Origin: an uncultured bacterium
GTDB taxonomy: Bacteria > Auribacterota > JACPWU01
Length of the DNA stretch: 32,000 nucleotides
Assembly (NCBI GenBank): GCA_964640155.1
Contig: CAZXEQ010000006.1
Coordinates: forward strand, 69,013 to 101,012
Reading direction: 5' to 3'
Part shown: positions 17,571 to 27,076 of the stretch, piece by piece
Position numbering within the stretch: the first letter of the stretch is position 1
Layout: each line of letters opens with the position of its first letter
Notes under the pieces: model-generated
Told to the model about the DNA's origin: nothing
Database searches by the model: none
The model's input: only the letters and a program-made list of their open reading frames with translations
Program-made: the position numbers and the translations under genes

Positions 17571-17963
17571 TTATTTATTTGCCAAATATTTTTTCCATGG
17601 AAGCCAATAATACTTATGCCAGCCATCATTCACATTTTGACGGTCATAGTCTGGCACATACGCATGAACAAGATCAATCTCTCCCCCGCCCCGAACTGAA
17701 GTAAACGTAAGGATGAGAATAGAATCTGGATCTTTTTTCTCCCAATTTCCGGCACGCCATGTCTGAACAATTCTCTCACTCTCTTCCAACAAAAGAAATC
17801 GTCCTCGAATCATATCAAAAGCTGAAAAATTTCCTCCAACTTCAGGCTCTAGACTCACCTGGTCTCCAATAAGCACCGCATGTTTTTTAGGATTCATGTA
17901 CATCTGATACAATTCATCAGGTCTTGCTTTGAACTTTATTTTTTGAATGATATTATTCGCCAT
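17571..17963 (-). CDS. SRPBCC/AHSA1 (Aha1-like) domain protein
   Basis: 130 aa. 'KARPDELYQMYMNPKKHA...GGNFSAFDM..GRFLLLEESERIVQTWR' resembles the activator-of-Hsp90-ATPase-homolog-like SRPBCC family. Confidence 0.7.
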   Translation of the reverse strand: MANNIIQKIKFKARPDELYQMYMNPKKHAVLIGDQVSLEPEVGGNFSAFDMIRGRFLLLEESERIVQTWRAGNWEKKDPDSILILTFTSVRGGGEIDLVHAYVPDYDRQNVNDGWHKYYWLPWKKYLANK

Positions 17964-18002
17964 TGTTTCTCCTTAAATGATTTGACTCACAGACCCAAAT
18001 AA

Positions 18003-18341
18003 TCACTTCCCATTTTTAATAAGAACCTTAGTCTCAATTAAAGCAAGTTTTTTAGTCTTTGATAATGCTTTGATAGCGCACTCACGAACAAGCGCCTGAG
18101 TTCTTGTTTTACAGACTTCCTGATACATTATTTCCAGGGGTCTTCGAGAACGTGTATAACGCGCCCCTTTCCCCTCGGAGTGCATTTTAAATCTTTTTTC
18201 AACATCCTTTGCAATACCCGTATACAAAGAGGAATCCACACATTTTAAAATATAGAGAAACCATTTCTCTTTTTTCTTTTTAGAATTTTTTCTCTCTTTC
18301 TTTTTCATTCCCTTCAGCATTCTTTTATAAATATTCTTCAT
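18003..18341 (-). CDS. GIY-YIG nuclease-family protein (UPF0213-like) with Lys-rich N-terminal extension
   Basis: 'WFLYILKCVDSSLYTGIAKDVEKRFKMH...GARYTRSRRP' is the GIY...YIG core. Its ATG overlaps the MFS stop (ATGA). Confidence 0.85.
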   Translation of the reverse strand: MKNIYKRMLKGMKKKERKNSKKKKEKWFLYILKCVDSSLYTGIAKDVEKRFKMHSEGKGARYTRSRRPLEIMYQEVCKTRTQALVRECAIKALSKTKKLALIETKVLIKNGK

Positions 18342-19633
18342 ATCTTTTCTTGATTAACGGGAGAAATAGTTTTCATAAAATCATTTTGATGTTCCAATGT
18401 TTTCATATTAAAGCTTAAATAGCGTAATTGTTTTGCAAACACTGCTGTCAAAGCTACTACACCTAATGTAATAAATCCTCCTACTGCTACACAAGGAACC
18501 GTCCCAATCAATGAAGCTAACATGCCACTTTCAAATGCACCTAATTCATTGGAAGCACAAATAAAAACCCAATTTACGGATGCAACCCTCCCCCGCAAAT
18601 GGTCTGGAGATAAAAGTCGAAGAATGGAACGGCGAATCACAACACTCACCCCATCAAAAATCCCGCTCAAAAATAAAGCTGCAAATGAAAGATAAAAATT
18701 TTTAGAAAAAGCGAAAATAATAATACTCATTCCAAATCCACTCACGGCCAAAAATAAATTACGTCCTGCATGTCCAATAGGAGGAAAACGTGTAGCTGCT
18801 AAAGTAATGATAAGTGTTCCTAAAGAAGGAGCTGCATTGAGAAAGCCCAATCCTTTTGCTCCCACATGAAGGATATCTTGTGCATAAATAGGCAAAAGAG
18901 CCATTGCACCACCAAAAAGAACGGCAAATAAATCTAAAGACATTGTTCCTAACAGCGACTGATTCTTAATAACAAAACGCCACCCCACTCGAATGCCTTC
19001 CCATAAAGGTTCTCTATGTTCAGGAATAGGTTGTGGTTTTTCAGAAATGGCCAACATGCAAATCAAAGAAAAAACAAAACAACCTGCAATCACAAAATAA
19101 GAACCAACGGCTCCCCAAGCATCAAAAACAAAGCCGATGACAGCAGGTCCTATCACCGAACAGCTAACCCATGTGCTGCTAATCCAAGAAGCTCCATTCA
19201 CTGTGAGGTGTTTAGGAACGATCAATGCTTCAAATGCAGTACTGGCAGGATCTGCAAATCCTCGTGCAACTCCTGCTAGAAAAATAACCACATAAAGACC
19301 TATCACTGATCCTGCATGATTCCCCCACGACAAAAAGGCTAAAGAAATTGCGCAGAAGACAGACAATGCACGGGTAATCAGAAGAATTTTACGTCGATTA
19401 AAATAATCCGCGACATACCCTCCTAAAAAGACCAGCGTAATAGCTGGAATCGCCTCTATCAAACCTAACCAACCTAAAGCCCGAGCACTGTGTGTCATCC
19501 GATAAATTTGAAAACCAATGACGACAAGCAAAGCTCGACTGGCCAAAGTAAAAAAAGCAGTTGAACAAATAAAAAACCGAACATCGGCTATTCGCAAAGC
19601 ATCTAAAAAATTATATTGATTACGTTCTTTCAT
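18338..19633 (-). CDS. MFS transporter (EntS/MFS_3-like)
   Basis: 431 aa with about 12 TM segments. It has a 'GGYVADYFNRRKILL' loop motif between TM2 and TM3. Confidence 0.9.
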   Translation of the reverse strand: MKERNQYNFLDALRIADVRFFICSTAFFTLASRALLVVIGFQIYRMTHSARALGWLGLIEAIPAITLVFLGGYVADYFNRRKILLITRALSVFCAISLAFLSWGNHAGSVIGLYVVIFLAGVARGFADPASTAFEALIVPKHLTVNGASWISSTWVSCSVIGPAVIGFVFDAWGAVGSYFVIAGCFVFSLICMLAISEKPQPIPEHREPLWEGIRVGWRFVIKNQSLLGTMSLDLFAVLFGGAMALLPIYAQDILHVGAKGLGFLNAAPSLGTLIITLAATRFPPIGHAGRNLFLAVSGFGMSIIIFAFSKNFYLSFAALFLSGIFDGVSVVIRRSILRLLSPDHLRGRVASVNWVFICASNELGAFESGMLASLIGTVPCVAVGGFITLGVVALTAVFAKQLRYLSFNMKTLEHQNDFMKTISPVNQEKI

Positions 19634-19821
19634 TTAAGAATCATAGGATATTCAGGAAATAAAAACTAGGAGAGGATCTAAACTTCTCTTCTTAAAGTTT
19701 AAATAAAAGAAAAAAAGGCAACAAGTAAATGATTTTTTGGATGTAGTATTTCCCCTTCTTCAACCATTTACAAGTCGCCTTTCAAAAGCCACCCCCATTA
19801 CAAAAAACTAAGTGTTATGGG

Positions 19822-20079
19822 TTATCTGTAATAACGACCACGTCGATAATGCCCTCGATCATAATGATGTCTGTCATATCTATCATAAGATCTATAAGGC
19901 CTGTAATGTCCGCGATGATAACCATAATACCCAGGTCCATAATATCCACGATTACAATAACCTGAACCTACATATTCCGGACCATAACCATGAAAGCTTA
20001 CCTCATATTCACGTGCAGATGCTCCTGAGGTGAGGGACGCTGCTACAAAAACTAAAACAGCAATAATTGTTTTTTTCAT
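19822..20079 (-). CDS. secreted Gly/Tyr/Arg/His-rich low-complexity mini-protein (85 aa)
   Basis: Perfect AAAGGAG Shine-Dalgarno before ATG 20079 and signal peptide 'MKKTIIAVLVFVAASLTSGASA'. The mature part is 'GYGPEYVGSGYCNRGYYGPGYYGYHRGHYRPYRSYDRYDRHHYDRGHYRRGRYYR'. The longer listed start at 20130 would overlap the rhodanese gene. Confidence 0.6.
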   Translation of the reverse strand: MKKTIIAVLVFVAASLTSGASAREYEVSFHGYGPEYVGSGYCNRGYYGPGYYGYHRGHYRPYRSYDRYDRHHYDRGHYRRGRYYR

Positions 20080-20104
20080 TTCTCGCTCCTTTCTTTTATA
20101 GAAA

Positions 20105-20446
20105 TTATTCTTTGGGAAAGCCTGCTTCATTCCATTCTTTCATGCCACCCTTATAAGCTCGAACATTAAAACCCTTTTCAGCTAACATTTCAGCTGCAGC
20201 TGTAGAGGCAGAACATTGTGTGTTTGCACAATAAGTAATCACTTCCTTGCTTTTATCTAGCTCATTTAGACGTTCGTCCAATTCATCTAATGGAATCTTA
20301 AGAGAACCTTGAATGGACCCCATCTGATAATAATCAGGACTTAGAACATTCACAATTTGAATATTTGAATCGTTCTTTTTTATTTTTTCAAGAAGCTCTT
20401 CTTTATTGATCGTCTCACCTTGAGAATTTATTTTTGTCTGTTGCAT
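20105..20446 (-). CDS. rhodanese-like domain protein
   Basis: 113 aa with the active-site loop 'VITYCANTQCSAS' and 'YKGGMKEWNEAGFP'. An AGGAG Shine-Dalgarno is present. Confidence 0.85.
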   Translation of the reverse strand: MQQTKINSQGETINKEELLEKIKKNDSNIQIVNVLSPDYYQMGSIQGSLKIPLDELDERLNELDKSKEVITYCANTQCSASTAAAEMLAEKGFNVRAYKGGMKEWNEAGFPKE

Positions 20447-20562
20447 ATTTTTCTCCTTTCTATATTTCTATTGCTGGATTCAGCTTATGAAATAAGTCAT
20501 TAAGAGAAGGTTAGAATATAATTAAAAAAGATTAATCTAAGAACGAGAAGAGAATTAAAAAA

Positions 20563-23500
20563 TTATTTTTCTATTATTAGTTCTGGATCAATTTGATAAG
20601 AACGTTTTTCAAAACCTGAAAATATTTTGTAGGCACAGGGAACCACAAAGAGTGTCAAAACTGTGGATAACGTGACGCCTCCGACCACTGAAATAGCCAT
20701 AGGAACGATAGTTTCAGAACCAGAACCTGTGGCAAATGCTTCAGGTAAAGCAGCAGCAACTGTCGCAATAGAGGTCATTAAAATGGGTCTTAAACGAATA
20801 GGGCAAGCCTCTAAAAGAGCTTCTTGAACTCCCATTCCCTGTTTACGACGTTCATTGGTAAAATCCACAAGTAAAATCGAATTCTTTTTTACGATTCCCA
20901 TTAAGAGAATCAGTCCTACCATGCTGTAAAGATTAATAGAATTATGGCTCAAATAAAGGGCCAAAAAAGCTCCTGTAACGCTAAAAGGCAAGGCCAATAA
21001 AACAGTGATTGGATGAATAAAACTATTAAACTGAGTTGCAAGAACCATATAGGCTACAAAAAGTCCCAGAACCAGTGCAAAAATCAAACTTTGAAAAGAT
21101 TCTTTAAAAGCCTGAGATCCTCCAGAAAAAACAGCATGATAATCTGCTGGCAAAATTTCTTTAATCATTTTTTGAGCGATGTTTAAAGCTTCCTGTTGGG
21201 AATGCCCAGGCAGCGGATTTGCAAAAACACTCACAGCCCGTTCACGATTTTTACGCGTAATTGAAAATAAAGTAGGTTTAATTTCAGAGGTCACTACTTC
21301 AGATAATGAAACAATTTCTCCTTGCCGATTGCTCACCCATATTTTTTTAATGTCTTCAGGATTAGCGCGGTCGACATCTGCTAGTCTCACACGAACATCA
21401 TAACGCTTCCCATTATTCGTAAATTTTCCACTGCGCAGTCCTCCCACCATGGCATTGATAGTATTTGCGATTGTATGTACACTCACTCCATGATCTGCAG
21501 CCTTTTGACGATCAGGAGAAATCTGTAATTCTGGCATTCCCAACTGATAATCTGTATCCACATCGGTCATCACACCAGAATCTTTCATTCGTTTCATTAT
21601 TTCTTTGCTGAGTTGTCCTAGCTTTTCAAAATCTGGACCTCGAATAGTAAACTCGACCGGGAAACCACGTTTTGCTGTAAATCCGCTCAGAGATAAATCC
21701 TGAATAATTGCTCGTGCAACTCCTGGAATCGCATTAAACTCTTTGCGCACCACTTGCATAAATTCCTGCTGTGTGACCGGACGTCCATTCTCTTTAGGTC
21801 TTTCTTTTATAGGCTTCATGGTTATAAAAAGCATCCCTTGATTGACTTGCCCTCCTCCAAAACCCCCTACAGCTATATAAATATTTTCAACTTCGGGTCT
21901 TGACATTAAAAAGGTTTCCGCTTTTTTAAAAACCTCATCTGTCGCTCCAATGGAAGAACCTAGAGGTAAAACAATACGCACCAAAAATCGACTTTGATCT
22001 TGGGAAGGTACAAACTCCTTTTTCAAAAGAGGTGTAAGAAAAAGTGAGGAAATAAAAATAGCAGTGGATAAAAGAAGTACCCACTTAGGATATTTTAAAA
22101 GAAAGGAAAGTATCCACCGATAACCCTGAGTTGCTCCTCGCATCATCGCATCAAAAATCCTTCCAATACGAGTCGTATGTCCTACATCCAAAAATTGAGA
22201 ACATCGCATCGGTGCAATGGTTAAAGCTTCAAGCAAAGAAAACATCACAGCCACTGAAATGGTAACTCCAAACTGGAAGAAAAATTTACCAATGGTGCCT
22301 TCCATAAAAACAACAGGAATAAAAATGGCTAAAATAGCAAGAGAAGCTGCCATCGCAGCAAAAGTAATTTCACGTGCACCTTTAATGGCTGCTTGCATAC
22401 GCGATAAGCCCTGTTCTTGATAGCGGGAGATATTTTCTAGAACCATAATGGCATCATCAACAACGATTCCTATCACCAATGAAAGACCTAACATGGTGAA
22501 GGTATTAATCGTAAACCCCAAAAAATAAATCACAAGGAAAGCACCCATCAAAGAAGTGGGAATGGCCAGCAACACATTTAAAGTGGCACTCCACGAACCA
22601 AGGAAAAAGAAACATACCAGAGAAGTCAAAATCACTGAAAGGATCAAATTAAATTCTAATTCATGGACTGCATCACGAATAAAGCGAGTAGTATCAAAAA
22701 CTACTTTCAATTGCATTTTTTCAGGAAGCTGTTTTTCTATTTCGAGAATCTTTGCCTTAACCGCATTGGCAACAGCCATGGCATTGGAACCCCTTTGTTT
22801 AACAATGCCTAAGCCCACTGCCGTCTTACCCCAACTTCTGGAAATACGGCGAATGTCTGCTAAACCATCTTCCACCCTTCCTACATCCCCAATTTTTAAT
22901 TGATTCCAAACAGGCCCCCCCCGCACACGTTGAGGAATAATAATTTTTTCAAATTCTTCCGCACTGGTTGCCTCTCCATAAACCCTGACATTAATCTCTT
23001 GACGACCCGTGTCGATATATCCAGCTGGTAAATCTGAATGCTGATCATTGATGGCGCCAATAATATCTTCAACAGTGAGTTCTTTTTCCCTCATCTTCTG
23101 TGCATCCAACCATACCCTGAGATTAGGGTCTACAAATCCACCCAAACGTATTTCTCCAACTCCCTCCACGGTCGTTAGCTGATCCTTTAAAGTATCTGAA
23201 ATATATCGGGTCAAATCTTTGAGAGGTCTGTCTCCCGACAAAGCCATCCACATAATCGGCTGATCTTCAGGGTTTGTCTTTGTTACAATCGGCGGGTCAA
23301 TTTCATGCGGCAAATTTTTTTGTGCTTGAGCAATTTTAGTTTGTATTTCTTGCACGGCCACATCAATATCACGTTTTAAATTAAATTCTATCGTGATTTG
23401 AGCCTGTCCCTGACTAGAGGTAGAAGTCACCTCCTTAATCCCTTCTATATTCATCACTGCATCTTCGATAATATCTGTCACGTCTGTCTCCATGACTTCA

Positions 23501-23667
23501 GGGGCTGCTCCCTCCCAATTTACAGAAACAGACACAACAGGAAAATCCACATCCGGCAATTGGCTCACACCCAAATGTGAAAAACCAATCCATCCAAAAA
23601 CGAGAATTCCAATCATCAACATCCAGGCGAAAACCGGATTTTTTATCGAAACATCTGAAAGTGTCAT
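20563..23667 (-). CDS. RND efflux transporter permease (AcrB/HAE1-type)
   Basis: 1034 aa. 'SIKNPVFAWMLMIGILVFG', 'GIVVDDAIMVLENI' and 'VKKNSILLVDF' are AcrB-family hallmarks. Its ATG overlaps the TolC-like stop. Confidence 0.95.
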   Translation of the reverse strand: MTLSDVSIKNPVFAWMLMIGILVFGWIGFSHLGVSQLPDVDFPVVSVSVNWEGAAPEVMETDVTDIIEDAVMNIEGIKEVTSTSSQGQAQITIEFNLKRDIDVAVQEIQTKIAQAQKNLPHEIDPPIVTKTNPEDQPIMWMALSGDRPLKDLTRYISDTLKDQLTTVEGVGEIRLGGFVDPNLRVWLDAQKMREKELTVEDIIGAINDQHSDLPAGYIDTGRQEINVRVYGEATSAEEFEKIIIPQRVRGGPVWNQLKIGDVGRVEDGLADIRRISRSWGKTAVGLGIVKQRGSNAMAVANAVKAKILEIEKQLPEKMQLKVVFDTTRFIRDAVHELEFNLILSVILTSLVCFFFLGSWSATLNVLLAIPTSLMGAFLVIYFLGFTINTFTMLGLSLVIGIVVDDAIMVLENISRYQEQGLSRMQAAIKGAREITFAAMAASLAILAIFIPVVFMEGTIGKFFFQFGVTISVAVMFSLLEALTIAPMRCSQFLDVGHTTRIGRIFDAMMRGATQGYRWILSFLLKYPKWVLLLSTAIFISSLFLTPLLKKEFVPSQDQSRFLVRIVLPLGSSIGATDEVFKKAETFLMSRPEVENIYIAVGGFGGGQVNQGMLFITMKPIKERPKENGRPVTQQEFMQVVRKEFNAIPGVARAIIQDLSLSGFTAKRGFPVEFTIRGPDFEKLGQLSKEIMKRMKDSGVMTDVDTDYQLGMPELQISPDRQKAADHGVSVHTIANTINAMVGGLRSGKFTNNGKRYDVRVRLADVDRANPEDIKKIWVSNRQGEIVSLSEVVTSEIKPTLFSITRKNRERAVSVFANPLPGHSQQEALNIAQKMIKEILPADYHAVFSGGSQAFKESFQSLIFALVLGLFVAYMVLATQFNSFIHPITVLLALPFSVTGAFLALYLSHNSINLYSMVGLILLMGIVKKNSILLVDFTNERRKQGMGVQEALLEACPIRLRPILMTSIATVAAALPEAFATGSGSETIVPMAISVVGGVTLSTVLTLFVVPCAYKIFSGFEKRSYQIDPELIIEK

Positions 23668-25067
23668 TTCTCTACTCCGTCCAAAATATCTCCTAAAGCC
23701 ACTTTAAATTTCCAATAACTTTTTTTCATTTGAAAAAAGGCCTCATTATAACGAAGCTCAATATCTTCCAATCGCCTCAGCGCATCCAAAACATCCAAAT
23801 TATTTACAAGATTGACTTTATAATCACTAGAGACTAATTCATAGTTTTTCTGCGACGCCCTTTTTGCTTTTAAAAGCACTTTGCGATTCAATTGGGCTGC
23901 TTGAAAATCCTGAAAAGCATTTTCAATATCCAGCTGGGCCAAACGCACAGCTCTTTGCCAAATCAATCGCTTACTTTCACGAGAAGAATTAGCACTCTTG
24001 ATATCTGCCAAAGTTTTTCCTAATTCAAAAATAGGAACCGTCATTTTTAGTGTAAAATCCCAATCATTGTCCGCTTGAAACCCAATACGTTTCGTATAAT
24101 AATTTCCATCTACCTCAACCATTGGAAAAAGATTTGCTCTAGCCATAATCACTTGACTCTTTCCAAGAAAATACCCTTGCTGGGCTGCTTGAACATCTGA
24201 ACGCATCTTTGCTTTCATTTCAAAATGGGAAGAATCCACATTCTCTTTTAAAACTCTTTCATCCATCAGAACAACCCCTTCAAGAGATTGATCAATGTAA
24301 AACTCAAGCAGTCTTTTTGAAATAGTAAGCAGCGATTGCGCCTGGACCAAATCTGATTCAACTAATCGTAAATCTGCAAGAGCTGATTGTCTTTCCGTAT
24401 GACGCGAGCGCCCAATTTTAATTCTTGAAGCCAAATCTTTAATTCGATCGGAACTCAACTTACTTGCTTTCGTCAAAGTCTTTACATTTCTCTGTACCTG
24501 AAGAACAGCATAATAAGCATTCATTACATCGATAAACAAAAGCTCTTTGGCTCTCTGCCAATTCAAAAGTTGCTGTTTCTTATCCGCCCCGGCTCCTTTT
24601 AAAACAGCAATTTCTCTAAAACCACTAAAAATAGGCTGACTAAATGTAAACTTATTTTCAGGTGTCACGGGTCGTCTCAAATCACTGTTCACCCCTCCAG
24701 AAACGCTCACATCCCCTGAAGCGTCTCGCTCTGTTCTGGACATCACATAATCAACCTTAGGCAGAAAATAATCAAAGCCTCGATAAAATCTAGCCTTTGC
24801 TTGATTAATTTCCTCAGCGCTGATTGCAATCGTCTCACTTTTTTTCAATGCAAGTTGATAGGCTTGTATAAGCGTCAAAGATTTTAAAGTAGAAGATACA
24901 GGTGATTCAGTTTTAGGAACAATCCTCTCTGATGATTTTGATATTCTCTTTTTCTTGGAGTTTTTCCAAAAAAGGAAGGCAGGACTGGATTGAGATAAAA
25001 TAAATAAACTTATAAAAATTGCTAAGGAAAAAATTCTTAAATTTGTTTTAGAGTTTTTAAATTTCAC
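23664..25067 (-). CDS. TolC-family outer membrane efflux protein
   Basis: 467 aa with a signal/anchor segment. It has two OEP-type repeats with long coiled-coil-forming segments ('LIQAYQLALKKSETI', 'VMNAYYAVLQVQRNV'). The GTG start overlaps the marR stop. Confidence 0.8.
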   Translation of the reverse strand: MKFKNSKTNLRIFSLAIFISLFILSQSSPAFLFWKNSKKKRISKSSERIVPKTESPVSSTLKSLTLIQAYQLALKKSETIAISAEEINQAKARFYRGFDYFLPKVDYVMSRTERDASGDVSVSGGVNSDLRRPVTPENKFTFSQPIFSGFREIAVLKGAGADKKQQLLNWQRAKELLFIDVMNAYYAVLQVQRNVKTLTKASKLSSDRIKDLASRIKIGRSRHTERQSALADLRLVESDLVQAQSLLTISKRLLEFYIDQSLEGVVLMDERVLKENVDSSHFEMKAKMRSDVQAAQQGYFLGKSQVIMARANLFPMVEVDGNYYTKRIGFQADNDWDFTLKMTVPIFELGKTLADIKSANSSRESKRLIWQRAVRLAQLDIENAFQDFQAAQLNRKVLLKAKRASQKNYELVSSDYKVNLVNNLDVLDALRRLEDIELRYNEAFFQMKKSYWKFKVALGDILDGVEK

Positions 25068-25516
25068 GACTCACCATCTCCTAAATAGTCCTTCACCTTC
25101 AACAAAATAGATAAATAGGAGGCTCTTTCCTTATCGGTCAAATGTCCAAAAATCGCTTTGATACTTTTACATTTTTGCTCTTTGATATGAGTAACCACTC
25201 TCTTGCCTTTAGGCGTAATCCCTATCCAAATGACACGACGATCTTTTTCATCTCCCTTTCTATTAAGCATTTTTTGACGAATGAGTCGATCTACCAAAAC
25301 AGAAGCAGAGCTTGTTTTAATATCTAATGCCTTTGCAATTTCTGTCATCGTGACATTGGTCTTTTGAAATACATAATCCAAAGCAACCATTTGTGGTAGT
25401 GTAATCACTCCACGAGAGAGTTCATGATTTTCACGCTTTGCAAACTCACGTACAAAAAGAGGCATGATTTGTACAACCTGACAGCTAAATTCATCCAACC
25501 CAATTGTTTTAATCAT
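25064..25516 (-). CDS. MarR family transcriptional regulator
   Basis: 150 aa. It has the winged-HTH 'ITLPQMVALDYVFQK..VTMTEIAKALDIKTSSASVLVDRLIRQKMLNRKGDEKDRR'. Confidence 0.9.
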   Translation of the reverse strand: MIKTIGLDEFSCQVVQIMPLFVREFAKRENHELSRGVITLPQMVALDYVFQKTNVTMTEIAKALDIKTSSASVLVDRLIRQKMLNRKGDEKDRRVIWIGITPKGKRVVTHIKEQKCKSIKAIFGHLTDKERASYLSILLKVKDYLGDGES

Positions 25517-25541
25517 TTTTCCTATTCTATAAAATAGTTTG

Positions 25542-25562
25542 ATTATCTAACTATTAGATAAT
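25542..25562. promoter_or_regulatory. perfect inverted repeat, candidate MarR operator
   Basis: ATTATCTAA-cta-TTAGATAAT has 9-bp arms and a 3-bp spacer. It lies 26-46 nt upstream of the marR ATG and abuts/overlaps the predicted -10. Confidence 0.5.
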
Positions 25563-25588
25563 ATGAATAATAAAACAAGAATTGTCAA
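25560..25588 (-). promoter_or_regulatory. candidate sigma70 promoter of marR-tolC-RND operon
   Basis: On the minus strand: a perfect TTGACA (25588-25583), a 17-nt spacer, then CATATT (25565-25560). Confidence 0.6.
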
Positions 25589-25690
25589 GGGTTTGTGAAA
25601 TATTTTATCAGACAAAGAGAAACTCCAGAAAGGACATAACTGATTACAAGAGAAGGAATTCGAAAGAATGATAAAATTGTACAAGCAAGA

Positions 25691-25720
25691 GAAGGGAGGA
25701 GAAATATTTCTCCTCCCTTC
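25691..25720 (-). terminator. intrinsic terminator-like hairpin after the lipoprotein gene
   Basis: Perfect palindrome GAAGGGAGGAGAA-atat-TTCTCCTCCCTTC (13-bp stem) located 27 nt after the stop at 25747. On the minus strand it is followed by TCTTGCTTGT. Confidence 0.6.
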
Positions 25721-25746
25721 TTCCCCCTCTTCTTTATACTTAACAA

Positions 25747-26178
25747 CTACATCAACATCACTGTTTGAGCCACCCGCCCACCTAACAGAGATTTGACGAA
25801 AGAAATCCTTACATGTTGACCTTCTTTCAAATCATCCTTATCAAGTCTTTCACTTCCTTGGATGATTTGTGTACTCTGATCAACAAGAACTTCTGTTTTA
25901 CCTTGAGGGGCAGAAGAAGAAGGTAGAGTTGTTGTTTGATCTGGCTCTACCGTCAATAAGAACTTTCCATTTCCTCTGTTTTCAATGGCCTCAATTTTGC
26001 CATAAATCATCTGCTCGTTTTTTGCTTGAGTTGACTTGCTATCTGTTAAAGAAGCTTGTGCGGTATCTTTATTTGTTCCTGATTGCTTATCAGACTCCTC
26101 AATTGCCACACTCAATGAGCAAGCGGAAAGTATAGCGAGTAGTAAAAAATAATATTTAACCATCCGATTAGTTTTCAT
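25747..26178 (-). CDS. hypothetical lipoprotein
   Basis: AGGAG Shine-Dalgarno 7 nt before ATG 26178 and a lipobox-like 'LLAILSAC'. It has a Ser/Thr/Gln-rich linker followed by a beta-rich C-terminal part. No family is recognised. Confidence 0.6.
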   Translation of the reverse strand: MKTNRMVKYYFLLLAILSACSLSVAIEESDKQSGTNKDTAQASLTDSKSTQAKNEQMIYGKIEAIENRGNGKFLLTVEPDQTTTLPSSSAPQGKTEVLVDQSTQIIQGSERLDKDDLKEGQHVRISFVKSLLGGRVAQTVMLM

Positions 26179-26338
26179 ATGCAATCTCCTTTCATATTTA
26201 TTTAATTTAAAAACAGCTTAATCCTATAAAAGAAGAGATTAATGAACAGTTAAAATTAAATTAGAAATATTTAATCTATTAAGTAAGGGAAGAATTAGGG
26301 GAAGAGACAAAAAAAGAGAAAACACAAAATAGTCCAGG

Positions 26339-26917
26339 TTAACGGCCTAACTTAATTAATATTTTAGCTAATTGAGAACCGATGTTCTGAACTGCCGCTT
26401 GTTTTTTAGTATCTTTAAGGGAACCATCTGTATTAAAAGATTCATCTGCTTTAGAAATCGCAATCTGATCCGGAAGAACAAGCACTTTGATATTTCCTAA
26501 AATAGACCTCACATGAACTAACCCCCTTAATCCACCCAAAGCACCGGGAGAAGCACTCAGTAAGGCAGCAACTTTATTCGTAAAACAAGCCAGAGGTGCT
26601 TCTCCAGGAGCAGAACGCGATGCCCAATCAATTGAATTTTTTAGAACGCCAGAAATAGAACTATTATATTCAGGAGACGAAATAAGAAGTCCCTGATGAG
26701 CAAGCAAAAGCGTTTTAAATTTGATAGCGTTCTCTGGAAGACCTTCCTTTTCTTCCAAATCCCCATCATAAAGAGGCATGGGGAAATCTCTCAGATCTAA
26801 ATAAGTAACTTCAGCTCCTGCCGAACAAGCTCCTTCAATCGCTATTTTCACAAGCTTTTTATTATAAGATTCTTCTCGTGTACTTCCAGCAAATGCAAGA
26901 ACTTTAGGCTTTGACAT
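26339..26917 (-). CDS. NAD(P)H-dependent FMN reductase-family oxidoreductase
   Basis: 192 aa. 'KVLAFAGSTREESYNKKL' and 'LLISSPEYNSSISGVLKNSIDW' are typical flavodoxin-like FMN reductase motifs. Confidence 0.85.
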   Translation of the reverse strand: MSKPKVLAFAGSTREESYNKKLVKIAIEGACSAGAEVTYLDLRDFPMPLYDGDLEEKEGLPENAIKFKTLLLAHQGLLISSPEYNSSISGVLKNSIDWASRSAPGEAPLACFTNKVAALLSASPGALGGLRGLVHVRSILGNIKVLVLPDQIAISKADESFNTDGSLKDTKKQAAVQNIGSQLAKILIKLGR

Positions 26918-27076
26918 ATTGTTCCTTTACTTAAAAAAATTCTTCTACATCTATTTCTCAAAACTATACCTGATAGAAAGCAACATGAGAAGACAGTAAT
27001 TTAAGAGTCTAGTAAAAGGTTTTATGTATCGCAGAACACTTTCTAAATAAGAGTAACTCAGACGAATATCTTCCAT

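Noticed and set aside
19812-20033. 73-aa His/Asn/Asp-rich ORF antisense to the Gly/Tyr-rich gene
   Set aside because: It is a mirror-image low-complexity artefact of the repetitive TAT/GGx/CGx codons on the other strand. It has no Shine-Dalgarno and no signal peptide.
19822-20130. Longer 102-aa version of the Gly/Tyr-rich ORF
   Set aside because: It would overlap the rhodanese gene by 26 nt and lacks a Shine-Dalgarno. The internal ATG 20079 has a perfect AAAGGAG and begins a textbook signal peptide.
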